The notes: generated by a model from the sequence alone, not told the origin. Positions 40,031 through 54,657 are shown, counted from the stretch's first letter. The stretch: 64,000 bases of DNA from Octopus vulgaris (GCA_951406725.2 OX597817.1:126790001-126854000), one strand, 5' to 3'. Translations and numbers: made by a program.

Positions 40031-41434
40031 CGTACATCCGTATATTTGTACACGTATTAGAGAATTTTAAATAGATAATACTCCTATTAGCTTGCAGTAC
40101 ACTTTATCACAGAAGGATTAACAGAGAAAGTTGTATATATCAGATTATAGATTCCATATTTAAAATCAACACATTCCCATTGCTCTTCTTTGCATTTAAA
40201 TACACATACTGCTTTCAATTATGTTCATATTCTTTCTGACCACTTGATTCTAACTTCACTACTTCAAAGTCAAACAGCAAGCAATATGCACAATCATTCG
40301 CAAGACAAATTCTTGTTTTAATACTACACAATTTATTAGTTGCAAGTGAATAAATTTCAACGTAAATCTTCCATGCAAAACGTACATTAATGCATCCAAC
40401 ATCGAATATTTTCTGTATATTTGGTATTGACACTAGAGTTTGAATTCACTATTCTATTGTATTTGCATATTTACATTCAGTCATTTTCATCTTCACTGTA
40501 TTTTGAATGATGCAAACTCTGCTTTACAGTTAATGAAGAACTAACTTTTCAGAGTGAATTGACTTTCTCTTTGTGTGTCACTCTTCCATTTTCTTTCATT
40601 TACCGGTTTGCTTAGCATAATTTTTATTAATTTCTCAAATGCATCGTTTTTCAATGGCAATGCATGTATATTCATTCGTACGAATCAGCTTGGGAATATT
40701 TTCCCTAATATAATCACCTGCTCACTTTAACACGGTTAGACTGCTTATGATCAAACACTAATATGTCCGTTTATGCAAGGAATTTATTTACACCAGCAAA
40801 TTGTTTCAATAAGGGTATAAATGTTAACAAAGGACTTCGAAATTGGATTGTGTCTGCTCCAAACCAAAACCATATAACTGTTAATGTAAGAGACCTTTCA
40901 TGGGAATCAGTTAGCGGTCTATTTAGAAAGCGTTCTATGATTTGTACTTTCTTATGCGTAAAATGGGAACTAGTACACTGTTTGCCAAATATAGCCTATA
41001 AATAGAACATTCATATGACAACGCTTCCTAAACAAAAATTGACAGCAGATTGTGTGGTTTTGACTTTAACGAAGACAAATGAGAACTATCGTATGATCTT
41101 GTAAACGTAATATGAATATTTGATGTTTTATAAATTTTATAAATTTTATCATAATTTTTAAGACAATCAAAGGTTATGGTTTTGTACATTGTTTTACTCA
41201 ACATTTTGCTATTCACAGCGTTACTCCCCTAGAAAATATGGCAACACTGTGTTTGATGCTGCACAAGACGTGTTTTAAATAATTTAATCCAAAATAAGAA
41301 AGAGGCTAATTTTGTGATAATGGAAGATAATCATCGAGTTTGTTTGGCGGAGCGGTTAGAATTAGCAATACAAGAGTAGAGAAGACTGTAAGGTTTGTGA
41401 ATATAGCATTATATATATATACACACACACACAG

Positions 41435-41482
<48 letters not shown>

Positions 41483-42099
41483 CGTTTTACTATCTATCGA
41501 ACAAACGAGAATGCTTAGTTATCCTGTGAACAATCTTTGTTCATTCGATCGTGTGAGCATTTCACTTTTTACACATCTACCTGGTAGATCTACATCTGAA
41601 ACATTTTCTTAGAAAGTCATTATAGTTTAATATTTCATTCTCGTTACCTGTAGCCAACATGTCTCATATTATCTTCTCTGCGTGCGATTTACATTTATGT
41701 GCTTCACAGCATTAAACAAGAATTTCTTGTTTAATGTTGTCAAGGACATCGATGGTTGTGTATGATTGAATATCAAACCAATGCATTCTTTTAAGCCGTT
41801 TAAATTCTTATAGAGTTAACGAAATATAAATAATTTACAGATCATAAGTTGGGTACCATAAATATTGGACTGACTATAAATTGCTTTTTAAATTTTAAGA
41901 AAAAAGTGAAAATATGGCTTAACACAAGTAAATAGAAGTATCACAAGACAAAATAAATGAGTAAAGTATTAGGTTAATAGAATTGGGTAAACTAAGCGTA
42001 GACATATATTAACACGTATACATCTATACCCACACGCACATTAACACACATCCACATAAATAAACACACACATGCACACTCACATATATATATTATTTT

Positions 42100-42482
42100 A
42101 TTCTTTTACTTATTTCAGTCATTTGACTGTGGCCATGCTGCAGCACCGCCTTTGGTCGAGCAAATCGACCCTAGGACTTATTGTTTTGTAAGCCTAGTAT
42201 TTATTCTGTTGGTCACTTTTGCCAAACCGCTAAGTTACGGAAACGTAAATACACTAGCATTGGTTGTCAAGCGATATTGGGCGGAGGGGGGCATACAAAC
42301 ATATACATATATACATATATACGACGAGTTTCTTTCAGCTTCCGTCTACCAAATTTGGTACAAGGATTTGGTTGGCCCAAGGCTATAATAGAAAACACTT
42401 GCCCAAGGTGCCACGCATAGGACTGAACCCATAACCATGTGGTTGGTAAGCAAACTACTTACCACACAGCCACTCCTGCTCC
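42100..42482 (-). mobile_element. tRNA-derived SINE family A, full-length copy (Octopus OK/OR-like SINE)
   Basis: Head gcaggagtggctgtgtggtaag (A box)...gggttcagtcc (B box), body, internal (TA/CA) microsatellite, 3' body ending gactgaaataagtaaaagaat. At least five related copies in this window. Confidence 0.9.
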
Positions 42483-42984
42483 TATTATATATATATATAC
42501 ATGAATATATACTACCTCAATACATCTGACTAAATATAGGCACAATGAGATACCTTTATCGACAGGCTAAAACAGCTGTAAGATCCATTTTATGTGTATT
42601 ATTCTTATGGTATCATCTTACTTATTGATGTATATTGTTTTATTCTGTTGGATTTGGATGTTCCTATTCAAGTAATTAATAAATAATATGAATTGGTAAT
42701 ATCTGTAAGTCGATGATTGAAAGGCATCTCTTCCTCCATGTTCTTATTTGTATTATGAATTTGAGGTAAAATATTTTACCTTCGTCCATCTAATACAATA
42801 AATGAATTAATAGCATTGCAATTATAAGCATTTATGTATTTGCCTTTTGGGTACTTCACCAGCAGTATATTGGATTACTGATATCCCATAGTGGGTTACA
42901 CTCATAACCCCTATCTCACTTTCTCTCTATATATATATATATTTATGTATATTCATATATATATTTACGTACATATCTATATGG

Positions 42985-43052
<68 letters not shown>

Positions 43053-43666
43053 GCATAATTATATACATATAAAAAAGCATAATGGTAGCCGTCATGAACA
43101 TATTAATTTAACTTCTCTTTAGTAAATATATTGAAAATACTTCAGTTTCTTTTGGGAATGCATGAGTTACAACGTAGATATCACTAGGATATTATTTTTA
43201 TAATCACTGAGTCTACCTATATCACTAATGAGCTATTACTATGAAATGATATCGTATACTTGAAAATTACTTAAAACATTACTTTTTGCTTCTTTATGCA
43301 AATATGATGTTTATACGTCGGAATTAATATTATACAGTTCTGACGGCAAAATGAAAACAATTTCAAAAACATGAGAAATAAAACGAGAAAATAATTCTAA
43401 AGTGATAATATTTGAAGGTAATACCATTTTCCTTAGCGAATAACATATTATATATCTTGGAAATGTTGAAATTATAAACAAAGAAAAATGTATATATGTA
43501 GTAAAGGACATGGAATGTTTCGGATCAATAAACACACATAAGATTAAAATTAATTGTAACGAGATATCAAGTTAGTAACGTAAGTGAAAATTTGTATATT
43601 TTTGTTAGTTGTACTGATCAACGTGTAAACCTAACCAGTATTTATCGATTGAGTAAATACATTTAT

Positions 43667-43725
<59 letters not shown>

Positions 43726-43810
43726 AGTAGTAGTAGTAGTAGTAGTATTAGTTGTTGTTGTTGTTATTGTTGTTATTGTTGTTGCCGTCGTCGTTGTTGT
43801 TGTTTTTGTT
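43667..43810. repeat. (GTA)n/(GTT)n microsatellite
   Basis: Direct reading. Confidence 0.95.
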
Positions 43811-46800
43811 CTTCTTGTTACTGTCAATAGGTGGTCAATGAGACACGTTACTCGGTTTTAATTAAAATAGCACAAATATTTTATTAGTAAGTTGAAATCT
43901 TATGAAATAGTTTCAGAAAGATCACATCAATTAAAGAGTATTCTTAAAATGATTCTACCTTTAGACAGACTGTGAACTAATGCAAGATTTTTGTTTAAGT
44001 AATAATGTAGTACGTGCAAATAAAGTTATCCTCGTCATTTACTTGATTCAGCTTTTCACTTTTGTCTTTAATATTGCATCAGTTTACAAATGGAAACTTG
44101 ATACATTAATGAATACTCAGCTTCTCAGATTAACTTTTTCATACGAGAATTTGCTGAAACAACTAGATAAAGACGTGTAATGGAACATATAGTCTCTAGT
44201 ACTTCATACAATCTCGTAAATGAACTGTGCTTCGATTGCCCTGGCTAATAGGTAAACTAAATTTCTATGATTAGCAGTTGTCATTTTGATTTACTGATGA
44301 TTTTTTGATTTTACCGATTTTCAAACGGACAGAGTAAAGGACAATAACGATCGCAAGAAAATCACATGAATCCAAATTCTGAAATCCTCCATCGTGTATG
44401 AACAATCTCATTTTTCATTGCAATTTAAGATGCAAAGTAGATGGACTATAAGTTTCTAACTTGTATGGATTCGTCTTTTGATAACGAGCGAACAGAAAGG
44501 TACGTGTATGTAAAAGTAGGGATGGTATAATTTAAATTAATACAATTCATGCGATAACGATACATAGAGACACTAATTTAAAAAGAAACTTTGCAATAGA
44601 AGTTAACACACTTTTATGTAAATCATGCATCCTATACATACCGAGAATTAAGTTTGTATGTGAAACAAATAATCCTTGTATGTGAAACAAGTAATGCAAC
44701 ACATATGATATTTGGATGGACGATTGCACCCCCGCTTGGCAGCGCCAATAGCATTTTGTTTCTCAAATAATTTCATGTTCCAATGATGCAAAACGATGAA
44801 ATTCTGTCGACTGAGAATCAAGGACTTTCAAAATCGTAATGTCGTCGTCTCATGCATTTCTCTGCTCTAACACTATAAAATGAAGATTGCTTACACGTGA
44901 GTAACGATATCCCATATTATGTCACTGGACTTCATTCTAGAGAAATATTTGAGTGTTAAAGGAATACTTTATTTAAAAGGTTTAAGTGGCGGTGAAATCG
45001 GTAAAATCATTTGAGTTTAATGCCGAAAGCTGAGTTAGCTTTCTGTCTTTACGCGTTTATATACAAGTTCTTACCGATGACTGAATAAAGAGTGTGTCGT
45101 GTAAAACGGATATACTTAAACATGTTTTATATTTGAAAACATCTCGTGCATTGTAATAATTGACATTAAATTAAATAAAACAAAATCGCATGCTGCTCAG
45201 TGATGGTTATATTTTTTACACAATAGCATTTGTTTAATGGGTTTTTGAAATGTATAAGTGAACATATGTTTCAAATAGACTTTTGCTTACATATTCTCCT
45301 CTCCAGCTATATTCAGTATACTCACTTTGTTCGTCATTATGTCTCTCGGACGATTTGTTTTTGAAAGAGACACACAGAATATTTTAATGCAATCTGCAGG
45401 TTAAGCTTTATATCTGTGAAAACTTGTTTATAGAGTAGAAGGAGAAAAACGAGCAGGATACAAAGAGTTTGAAGGAAAAATATTCAATATATACCTCGCA
45501 AGCTTACATATTCTTTTCTGGAACATACATTTATGAAACAAATGAGATTACAGAACCTGAGACTAAATGTTAATAGAAAATATAATCTTAAATAGTTATA
45601 GCTAGAATTATTATTGAAAATGTATTTACACCCCGAGGAATGTAAATGTTTAGTAAATTTAGAGCAGCTTCATCAAATCGAATGATTTTATCGTGTTAGG
45701 TTCAAAATATAGAATGTATTCATATTCAATCTCATTTAGAAATCCTCTAAAATTGACCGTTTTTCTTATTTGAATTCTGTCCATATTATATTCATTGTCG
45801 ATATGCATATGCTGCGTTTACGATGTCGAACCGTTATTGTAAGGTACCTTTACCAATTATTCTTGTATCTAAAGCAGTTTTCAAAACTGGAGAAAAGACA
45901 AATGCTATTTATGCCTATGTAGTTGTAGTTGATGAGCTTTGACATTCTTGATTAAATATAACTTCATTTAATTGTCGACCATTTTCCTTATAAGTTATCT
46001 TATACGTTTATCAGCAAATTTTCATAAAATTAACAGACGACTGACCGATAATTTAATTAAGTTTATGTATATCTTAATTGTCGATTATTGAAGGAATATT
46101 ACGATGTAGGCTTCCTAGGACATCCAAAGCATCGTTGCATTGAAAATAGCTGTACACTTACATGTGCTAGGTTAATTGCATTTAATGTTCCTTATACTTA
46201 TCCACTTTAAGCAGTTAAAATTCCAAATGTCAAACTGGTCTTGAATGGTATTGACAATTACTCAAGAAATATTATGTATTAATAGTTTCACACATAACGC
46301 TAACATTTGTGGACATATTTATGACACATACAGAGCTTCTGCATCATTCCAAATCCACTTAGTGTATACTAAAGCTACTAAATGTTATGGCTTGGTGTCA
46401 ATATTCGAAATCAATTCTTACTCTTTCTTCTACAGCTATTTTCAATGATTGAAATGAATGCATTAATTAAATAAAATATGGAGAAATTTATTGTAGTAGT
46501 ATTTTCATCTTCTATGTTATCTAACTAATATAGCTTACTATTTTCGCTACCATTTAAAATATTTTAAAGCGATACACGTTTATTCATTACCCTGTGGTTA
46601 TATTAATACGGTTATCATATGTCTCGCCTTTATTCATACGTGCAGCGATAAAAGCGTAAATCCATTTATAATCATGACGCAGCGCTTGCACAATACACAA
46701 ATATTTGATGTTAATAGCATAAAGTCACTGAGAGTGACGTCTTTCGTGTGGTGTTATGGATGTTTTTCCATAGAAGAATTAAATTCCCCTCAGCAACGCA

Positions 46801-47180
46801 AACCAATGAAGTTATCCGCCATATTTTATTGCTTGATTAGATGTCTAGAAGATAATAATAAAATTAGACAATAGCATGAATGCGAATGACCAATTTTACT
46901 GAATTTGACTCAGTCGTCTCTGATTTTAGGGTAATACTATACAAAAATTCAGAGCAATCAACCACAAGTATTATAACTAGCATTCGTAATGTTCAAAGTA
47001 AAAGCATAACACTGGTCAACACACTTCTTGCTGAGTTGGGTTTCGTGTTTCTTCTTAGTTAATGTTGATATGCTAATTTCAAATATGGCATCCGTTTTAT
47101 TCTAATTCATCAGGTTTTCATTCTATAGCAAATCCCTATTTCATGATGTACCGTATAAATAATTCATTTAGTTGGGATAG

Positions 47181-47260
47181 TTTACTAACTTCAAACCATA
47201 GGTTATAATATCAATATAACCGTTTACTAACTTCAAACCATAAGTTATGATAACAATAGA
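47181..47260. repeat. 42-bp tandem duplication
   Basis: tttactaacttcaaaccata.gttat.ata.caata at 47181 and again at 47223. Confidence 0.85.
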
Positions 47261-47366
47261 ATATGAAATGATAACTGAAATGTAAGATAGCATCACCTTT
47301 TACTAAATATTTACTGTTAATTATCTAATATGATGGATAAAACACAAACCATCATACTTCATATCC

Positions 47367-47500
47367 TGTTGTGTGGACACCCCCAGACGACGAAGTAGGC
47401 TATCCCAATACGTAGATATAAAGGGAGAAGACTAGACGTCAGAGAGAAGTAGCGAGAAGAGTAGCGTTGAGTAGAAGGCATCCGAACGTGCGACATAACA
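47367..47500. mobile_element. solo LTR-like element (134 bp) with 5-bp TSD
   Basis: Begins tgttgtgt and ends acataaca (TG..CA, 8-bp imperfect inverted repeat); flanked by tatcc at 47362-47366 and 47501-47505. Confidence 0.75.
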
Positions 47501-47509
47501 TATCCATAG

Positions 47510-48270
47510 AACAAAATTCTTGTTGTGAGTGCTTCAGGAGAGTTTCATGTCTACACACTCACTTTAAATACAGTAGATCTGCCATCACGCGTGTGTTTAA
47601 TTCGCTTTGATATCTCTCCTCCATAATCTTGCTCGCTTGATGAAAACGCTTACCATGATCATCGCCCACGTTTCCGAGATTAGCAGGAAATACATCGAGA
47701 TGACTATTGAGGAAATGAAGCTTTATGAACATGTTGCAACATAAAAGACGACCGCTATCAAGTATTGTCTCAAACAAATCATTTTCACTCCGCTGAAATC
47801 CTTTAAGAACATCCACAAAAGAACCCCATGCTCTTTTTCCTATATCAGTCATCAAGCGCAAGAATTTGCGGTACTTCATTAACTTTATGATTTGTTGTCC
47901 AGATTTGGGTACCCTATTTTATGTCACACTCTCTTATTATAACCAGACGTTTTTGTGAGACAGAAATAGCAATCGTTTACATGGTTCTTTGGTTCTCGCT
48001 ATACCATCAGAATACCGAATATTAGTTATTTCCTGGTACCCTTTGTCCATTGGCGTACAATTTCGACACAGGGTTTACATGAATTTTGCGGGGCCCACGA
48101 TTTGTCATGATCAGTAACTTTTATCTTAAAGTTAACCAAATAGGATCGTTTCATAAGGCTCACTCATTGACTTGGTACTGTAAAAAGCAACCACACATAT
48201 AACAAAAAGTGTCAAGGGAATTCAAACATTTTACATGAATTTTTTTAAGGTGTGGTCCACTGTTTCATTC
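47510..48270 (-). mobile_element. internally deleted DNA transposase relic, probably Chapaev3/CMC-like
   Basis: N-terminal CLNSLDTFCYMCG..DHDKSWAPQNSCKPC..REPKNHVNDCYFC..YPNL is fused to C-terminal CNMFIKLHFLNSHLDVFPANLGNVGDDHGKRFHQASKIMEERYQ. Confidence 0.8.
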
Positions 48271-48289
48271 TGTTCATGACACGTTCTTC

Positions 48290-50420
48290 ATTTCTGATCA
48301 GTAACATCGTTTATTATTTTGTTGTGGTAAGCTCTGGTTGCCAACATTTGATCTTGTGCTGCTATGATAAAACCTTCGGTTTCAGCCTTCAGTCCTGAGC
48401 TCTACATCCATACATAAATATTTCGTGCTTCTACGTCTAGTTTGTTCACTCTACATGGGTATCGGCCATGCATCGGTTTTTCTAACCATTCTTCTTTGCT
48501 CCTCTTCTGGACTTGTTTTTTCATCTCTTCCTTAACTCTTTTAGCAAACTGGGTTACTATCTTACTCGCCTTCATCCTACGTTCCTCCGTTATCAGTTGT
48601 TTCTTAAACTGTACAGATTCTTTGTATACCGCGTATAGCTTCTTTACTGGTGCGCAAACTTCATTAGATGATTTTTTGACAGCTCAAGATATGTATTTAA
48701 TCTTACAGTGGTGGTTTCGTAAGATAATTCTAATTGAGTTGGTCCATTCTCTCCCATGCCTCTCGGTAAATAAATCTGTTCACATCCGCTTTTGGGTGGT
48801 TCATTCGAGCCATTGTTAATTGTTTTCTGGTCTTGGCGTCTAGCTTCTTTATTTCGCTAGTTGGCCAGTTCATTATCTTGAAACTGTAAGTTACGATTGG
48901 TACTGCAAGAATGTTAATGGCTTCTAGTTTGTTTGCAGCGTTGAATTCAGTCTTTGTTACTAACCGTACTCTCCTGTAGTACTCTTTTATAATCTTCTCT
49001 TTTATTGCTGAATGTTTTATGTCGTTTCTTTCGTCTATACCAATGTATTTATATGCTTCTTCCTGGTCCAGTGCTCGGATTCTTGCTTCTGTATTTACGT
49101 GGATATCCGCATAACATGCCAGTTTGTCTCTTATGAAAGTGGCTTTCACGCATCCTGATATCACTGAACGTTTCAACCGTATCAATTAGAACTTGTTCGT
49201 CACTTTTGAGTACATATTCAGATAATCCTTGTAAAACAGATGACTCCATTTTTGCTTCTTGATCTCATATCCATACCCGGTTGTGTTGAGCATGGTATTT
49301 AATGATGCCAGTGCCAAGTAGAATATTATGGTTGAATGGGGGTCCCCTTGGAATGTACCACTTTTGATTTTGATTCGTCTACTTGTTATTGATCCACTGG
49401 AATGGTTCAGCGTCAATATAGTTTCCTATGAGTTTATGCTGTGTTTCATAAACTTGATTAGAATTGGGGATACTCTGTATAATTCCATCACTTTCAGAAT
49501 CCATGCGTGAGGTACACTATCGAACGCCATTTTATAATCGATCCATGATGTGCTTAGGTCTGTTTATCAGCAACTGGTCCTTGTATCCGTAGTTCTCTCT
49601 TCCGCAAACTTTTGGTTCTGGTGGTAGTAGGTTGTTTTCTTCTAGGAAGTTTGGTACTCGATATATTCCCAGTGACATCCAATTGCTGGTCTTTTTCCAG
49701 GGCCAGGGTGGCCTACGTCTTTTGAATATCTTCTCATTCATGTACTTTTTATTTTCCATGAGTATTGCTTGTTCCTTAATCCATTCTGCATGTTCATTAT
49801 GTTGTTTTTCATTTTCCCTTATCGTACTCCAGGCAGTTTCCATATCCTCTCTCTTTGGCAGTTGCTCAACATGTATTTGTTGTTTACCCAGTTCCCTGTA
49901 AAATTATTTCCATTTTTAAATAATTTGTTTTGACGAAATTATTTGCATCTTTTTATATTTTGTGATAGACGTCTCTTTGCTTGGATTTTTTGCTTTAGGT
50001 TTTCTTTTGCTTCAGGTATTTCATTTTATTGTTTGATCCCATGCTTTTGCATATTGTATTGGCTTTTCTTTGGTTGACCAGGTTTCCGTTACTTATTTCC
50101 ATCAGTATTGCTAGGTCGCCTTACATACATTGTATATCCTTTTCAAATTTTTCTTTCCATTTTGGTTGTCTTTTCTTCTGTTGAGCAGTTTTCTTTTTTA
50201 GTTTTATGCCTTTTGCTTCAATAATAGATGCAGCTGTAGCATAAGCTAGTTGATTTAGCAATGATATATTTAGTGGTCCTGTTGTTGTTGCTTTTATCTC
50301 ATCTATTACATTATTGCCCATTTTAATCAACTCCTTCAGGTTCTTATCCATACTGACTTTTGGTATGGGCTATTTATCTGTGGTGTCTTTTGCTTTTATC
50401 TGTTCCCATTCGCCCTTGTG
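48290..50420 (-). mobile_element. R4/Dong-like LINE relic including reverse transcriptase
   Basis: SNWMSLG, GYKDQLLIN, AFDSVPHAWILK, SGTFQGDPHSTIIF (QGD.LSP), HLFYKDYLNMY (YMDD), YKYIGI, GLKAETEGFIIAAQDQ; many stops and frameshifts. Confidence 0.9.
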
Positions 50421-50481
50421 GCAAATAGATGAAATCATTATTGTTGTTGTTGTAGTTGTTGTTATTGTAGTTGCTGTTGTT

Positions 50482-50670
50482 AGGCAGTGAGCTAGCAGAA
50501 TCATTACCACGCTTGACGAAATGGTTAGCCGTATTTCTCCCGTCGCTGAGTTTATTAGTCTTTCACCTTTTTGAGATCCACAAAACAAGTGCCATTACGC
50601 ACTGGAGTTGATATATTCGACCAACCCGCTTCCCCAAATTCCAGACATTGTACATTTAGTAGAAAGGATT
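50482..50670 (+). mobile_element. SINE family B copy, decayed
   Basis: aggcagtgagctagcagaatcattaccacgcttgacgaaatggttagccgtatttc matches the head of 54443-54657. Confidence 0.7.
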
Positions 50671-50821
50671 ATTAATGTTGTTGCTGGGTAGTTTTTAATC
50701 TTTTCGTGATTTCACTGCTCTAGATTTGGTTTCTGCCATGGGTATAAATGGTGTGATATATTTACTGTATAGATAGTGCGCAATGTAAGATGTGTTCACC
50801 GCTTTACGCTCTTATTTACTG

Positions 50822-50888
<67 letters not shown>

Positions 50889-50893
50889 ATGTA

Positions 50894-50948
<55 letters not shown>

Positions 50949-52089
50949 ATATGTATGTATATATGTCCTAAAGATTTGTTTATGAATTTACTTGCTTCTT
51001 TTTAACTTCATTCCCAAAGTAACTACAATTTTAGTCATTAATATGTAGGATAACTTATCTATATCCAGATATTTGTATTGCGATAATTAGACCATTTATT
51101 TTACTGATATATTTTCATCCCTTGGGCCTGATGTCCTGAAACGGATTCAGTTTATCTTGGCTCTCCTTCGTCCTTCTGAGCAATATCTTCTCCATTAACT
51201 TCATCTCCCCATCTCATTGTATACTGGTCATTAAATTCTTAGACATGTTGTACGTGTATGACTAAACAATTCATTTTCTGATTGCAGGTCACACTACTCA
51301 CATTTTAAAGTCCAAACTGTTATGTCTGTGGATATAGTCTTTCTGGGTCAACACCGGACACCTACTGCTAATAATATTTACTTTTCCTACCCACATCACT
51401 TTATAGGCTGCAGTTACTTGCTGTATTGTGCTTGTGTGTTTCTGGTAGTTTCTTTCTTGTTGTCCTTAAAGTTCGTTATAAATATTGCAAAATTGAGAAA
51501 CTTTAAAAGCTTCAGTGATATCAGGTTCACGCCGTTCTTTTAGAAATTGAACTATGCCCATGGGAATGGATAGGGATTTTTAAATAAGGATTTTGGGTTA
51601 TTGGAAATTGATCATAGCATTTAAAATGACAATTTAGTATTATCTTGAAAAGCTTTCCTTTTCACAAGTTCATTTGTCTTTTCTATATGTTACACACTGA
51701 AAAATTGTATTCCGAGGTTCACGTCATGTTAGAGGTGCTGATGCCAGATGACTTTCGTATATTTATGAGACATATATTGTCAATGTAGTTTTACAACATG
51801 ATAGCTGCTGTATTAGCGTGCCTAGCTTGCTACGTTGGAATTGTAATATCACAGAAGATAATCAAGACTATGTCTCCATTACATTTGCAAGCTTAAGATG
51901 ATTCTTCTCATAAGGGTGTCTAAACTGATGGCATATTATGTAGTATAAATTAACAATTGATATACTCAATTTTTTTTTCTTATAGAGTAACTGAAGATGA
52001 GATGGTCAATTGTTTTTCTAGTTGTTCTATTAAATGAGTTGAGCATAGAGTACTAGAAAATCCTTCATTACTGAAGACCTGTATCATAT

Positions 52090-52303
52090 TGGTTTCAAAG
52101 TTTGTCACAAGGCCAGCAACACAGTGGGAGGGAATGAGCCGTTTAAATCGACGCCGGTACTAATCAAGCACTTACTTTATCGCTTAAAATATGATGAGAG
52201 GCAAAGGCGACTTCAGTGACATTTGAACTCAGAATATAAAGACGGGCTAAATGCCGATAAAATTATTCTCCGGCTTGCTAACGGTTCTACTAGCTCACGG
52301 CTT
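52090..52303 (-). mobile_element. SINE family B copy, decayed
   Basis: aggcaaaggcgacttc..atttgaactcagaa..ccggcttgctaacggttctactagctc is the reverse complement of family B. Confidence 0.75.
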
Positions 52304-54442
52304 TCAAAAAGAACTTGCATAACATTGCTATCGATTTGATGTTTCAATTACATTTAAGAGATTGACTTTAACAATGTATCAGTAATTTCTAGAAGAACGT
52401 AGGTCGTTTTAGCAATGCATCTATTCATATGTTTCCGATTTAGTTTTCTAGACTATGAATATCAGTAGCAATACGGAAGGACAGACGAAAGCTTTCCCAA
52501 ACTAGTAGTCATTGCTCTTTAGACAGGCATTTAAATTTCATGAATAAAAAGTCTTCAGATGTAAAAAAAAATAACACAATTTCCGGATTTATTAGTGATA
52601 TTACAGCTAAACATATATATTCATATAACAAGACACATGCATAAACACACAGACGCACATTCCCCACCCCCATATAAGACATACATATATGTCTTATTTA
52701 GGGTTTGTGTGTGTATATATATATATATATTTATATATATATACATTATATATATACATTATATATTTTTTCTTTTTCTTTAACACCTTTTTCAGATACA
52801 AAACACACACACGCACGCATATATACACACACATGCTCTCTCTCACTTTCTCAGCATTCATCACCCTCTTGTAATATCTTATATCCCTCTCCACCACTAC
52901 ACACTCAATAACATCATACAATGGTCAACATTTTTTCCACAGGAACTTAGTTCAATCTGAAAACTCAACCAGCATGGACGAAAGCGCTAATATATGATAT
53001 ATGATACAAGTTATTTGATGTATAAAAACATGTAATATACAAATAATTATCTGTAAATATAAAACCATCCGAACTTCTGAGTACCTCATTTCTTCTAATA
53101 TATAATGCCTGTACATCATCTCCAAACCTTCGAATATATATATATATATATTTATATTTACACACACAACCACACGCGCGCACACACACAATCACACGCG
53201 CGCACACACACATACACAAATGGATATCTGTGTATGTATGTGCGTATGTACGCAGAGGGCGATCAAATGTCAGAAACATTAGCGCGCGCATAAATTGTGT
53301 TCGAATTGGAGCAGCATTTTCGCTCTTATTTCGTATTAAGCCGATGTTAAATTGACTTAGCATTTAGCTGTCCATGAATAATGCACATGCTTTGCCCTGG
53401 AGTCGATTCTTCTGTCATTAATTCTAATTCTTTGCTTTTTCAGGCACCGGGAAGTCAGCGGCCATATAACCAAGAATCGGATTCGTCCTCCGAGTATATA
53501 ACTGCTTACGTTTCGTGGTATATCACGGCGTCTCTTCAACTACACCAGCAACGTTGAAGCCTAAGTAACTGATACAGACACACATTCAAACATAAGTGTA
53601 CATGTATATATGGCTGTATGTGCTTGTGCGTGTGTCTGTATGCATATGTATTTGTGCGTGTGTGTATATATGAGTGTTTGTGTGAGTGTGTGTGTATTTG
53701 TGTGCGTGTGTGTGTGTGTGCGTGTGTGTGATATAGATAGTATGATGATGAGGTTTGCATGTACGCTAAATGCACAGGAGAATATTTCAATATTTTTGGA
53801 GAGTAAAATTTGTAAATTAACTTCTCCTTTGACGCACGCTATGATGAATATTACACCGTTTTTGCAACTGATGTATTTTTCTAGTTTGCGATGTATGCAT
53901 TAATATTTCATAACATTCGTCACTTGCTATTTAGTACCATTTGCTGTTGTATTTCCAGTAAATAATTACAAAAAAGAAATGTACATTTTTCATGCTGATT
54001 ACACAGTTTATTTACAACATATTTGTAATTCATTTGGACAGCATATTTTTCAAAATAACTTCACTTGCCAAAACACACCGGGATTTCAAAATTTGCTACA
54101 TAACACTAAGAGAATATCTATATATGTATCTCTAAATCCTATGGTTCTGTAAGATTTCTAACATTACTGCCATTGCACAATATAATAGCATTGCAATATC
54201 CGTATGAACGTTACAATAACAATTTTGATTTAGTGGTACATTTGCTTTCAACTGTAGAAAAATGAAAGTAAATAAATGTCTACTCTAACGGGATTTGAGC
54301 AGAGAAAATAAACCGATATATTTCTAATATTATCAGGTAAATTTATACCTTTAAGTAATAAAATTTAAAGTGAACTAAACACAAAGATCAGTTGTTTTTT
54401 TATGTACGATTATATATTTTGTAACTATACTATATAGAAAAA

Positions 54443-54657
54443 AGCGGCGAGCTGGTAGAAACGTTAGCACGCTGGGCGAAATGCTAAGCAGTATTTCGTT
54501 TGCTGTTACGTTCTGAGTTCAAATTCCGGCGAGATCGACTTTGCCTTTCATTCTTTCGAGGTTCGATAAATAAACTATCAGTTGCGGACTGATATCGATC
54601 TAATCGACTGGATCACTCCCCCCAAGCATGTCAGGCCTTGTGCCTAGTACAGAAAAG
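54443..54657 (+). mobile_element. tRNA-derived SINE family B, full copy with 15-bp TSD
   Basis: Head gcggcgagctggtagaa..gagttcaaattcc (B box), central gcctttcattctttcgaggttcgataaa; flanked by aactatactatatag at 54423-54437 and 54658-54672. Confidence 0.9.

Noticed and set aside
42405-42482. tRNA gene
   Set aside because: A/B boxes are present but there is no complete cloverleaf; it is the head of a multi-copy SINE (likewise 59622-59698).
42520-42590. ctgac...aaaacagctgta, a PLE-hammerhead-like end
   Set aside because: Only the palindromic stem III is recognisable.
44724-44748. CTCF/RFX-like motif (tgcacccccgcttggcagc)
   Set aside because: A partial match of a short motif, not supportable without ChIP or conservation data.
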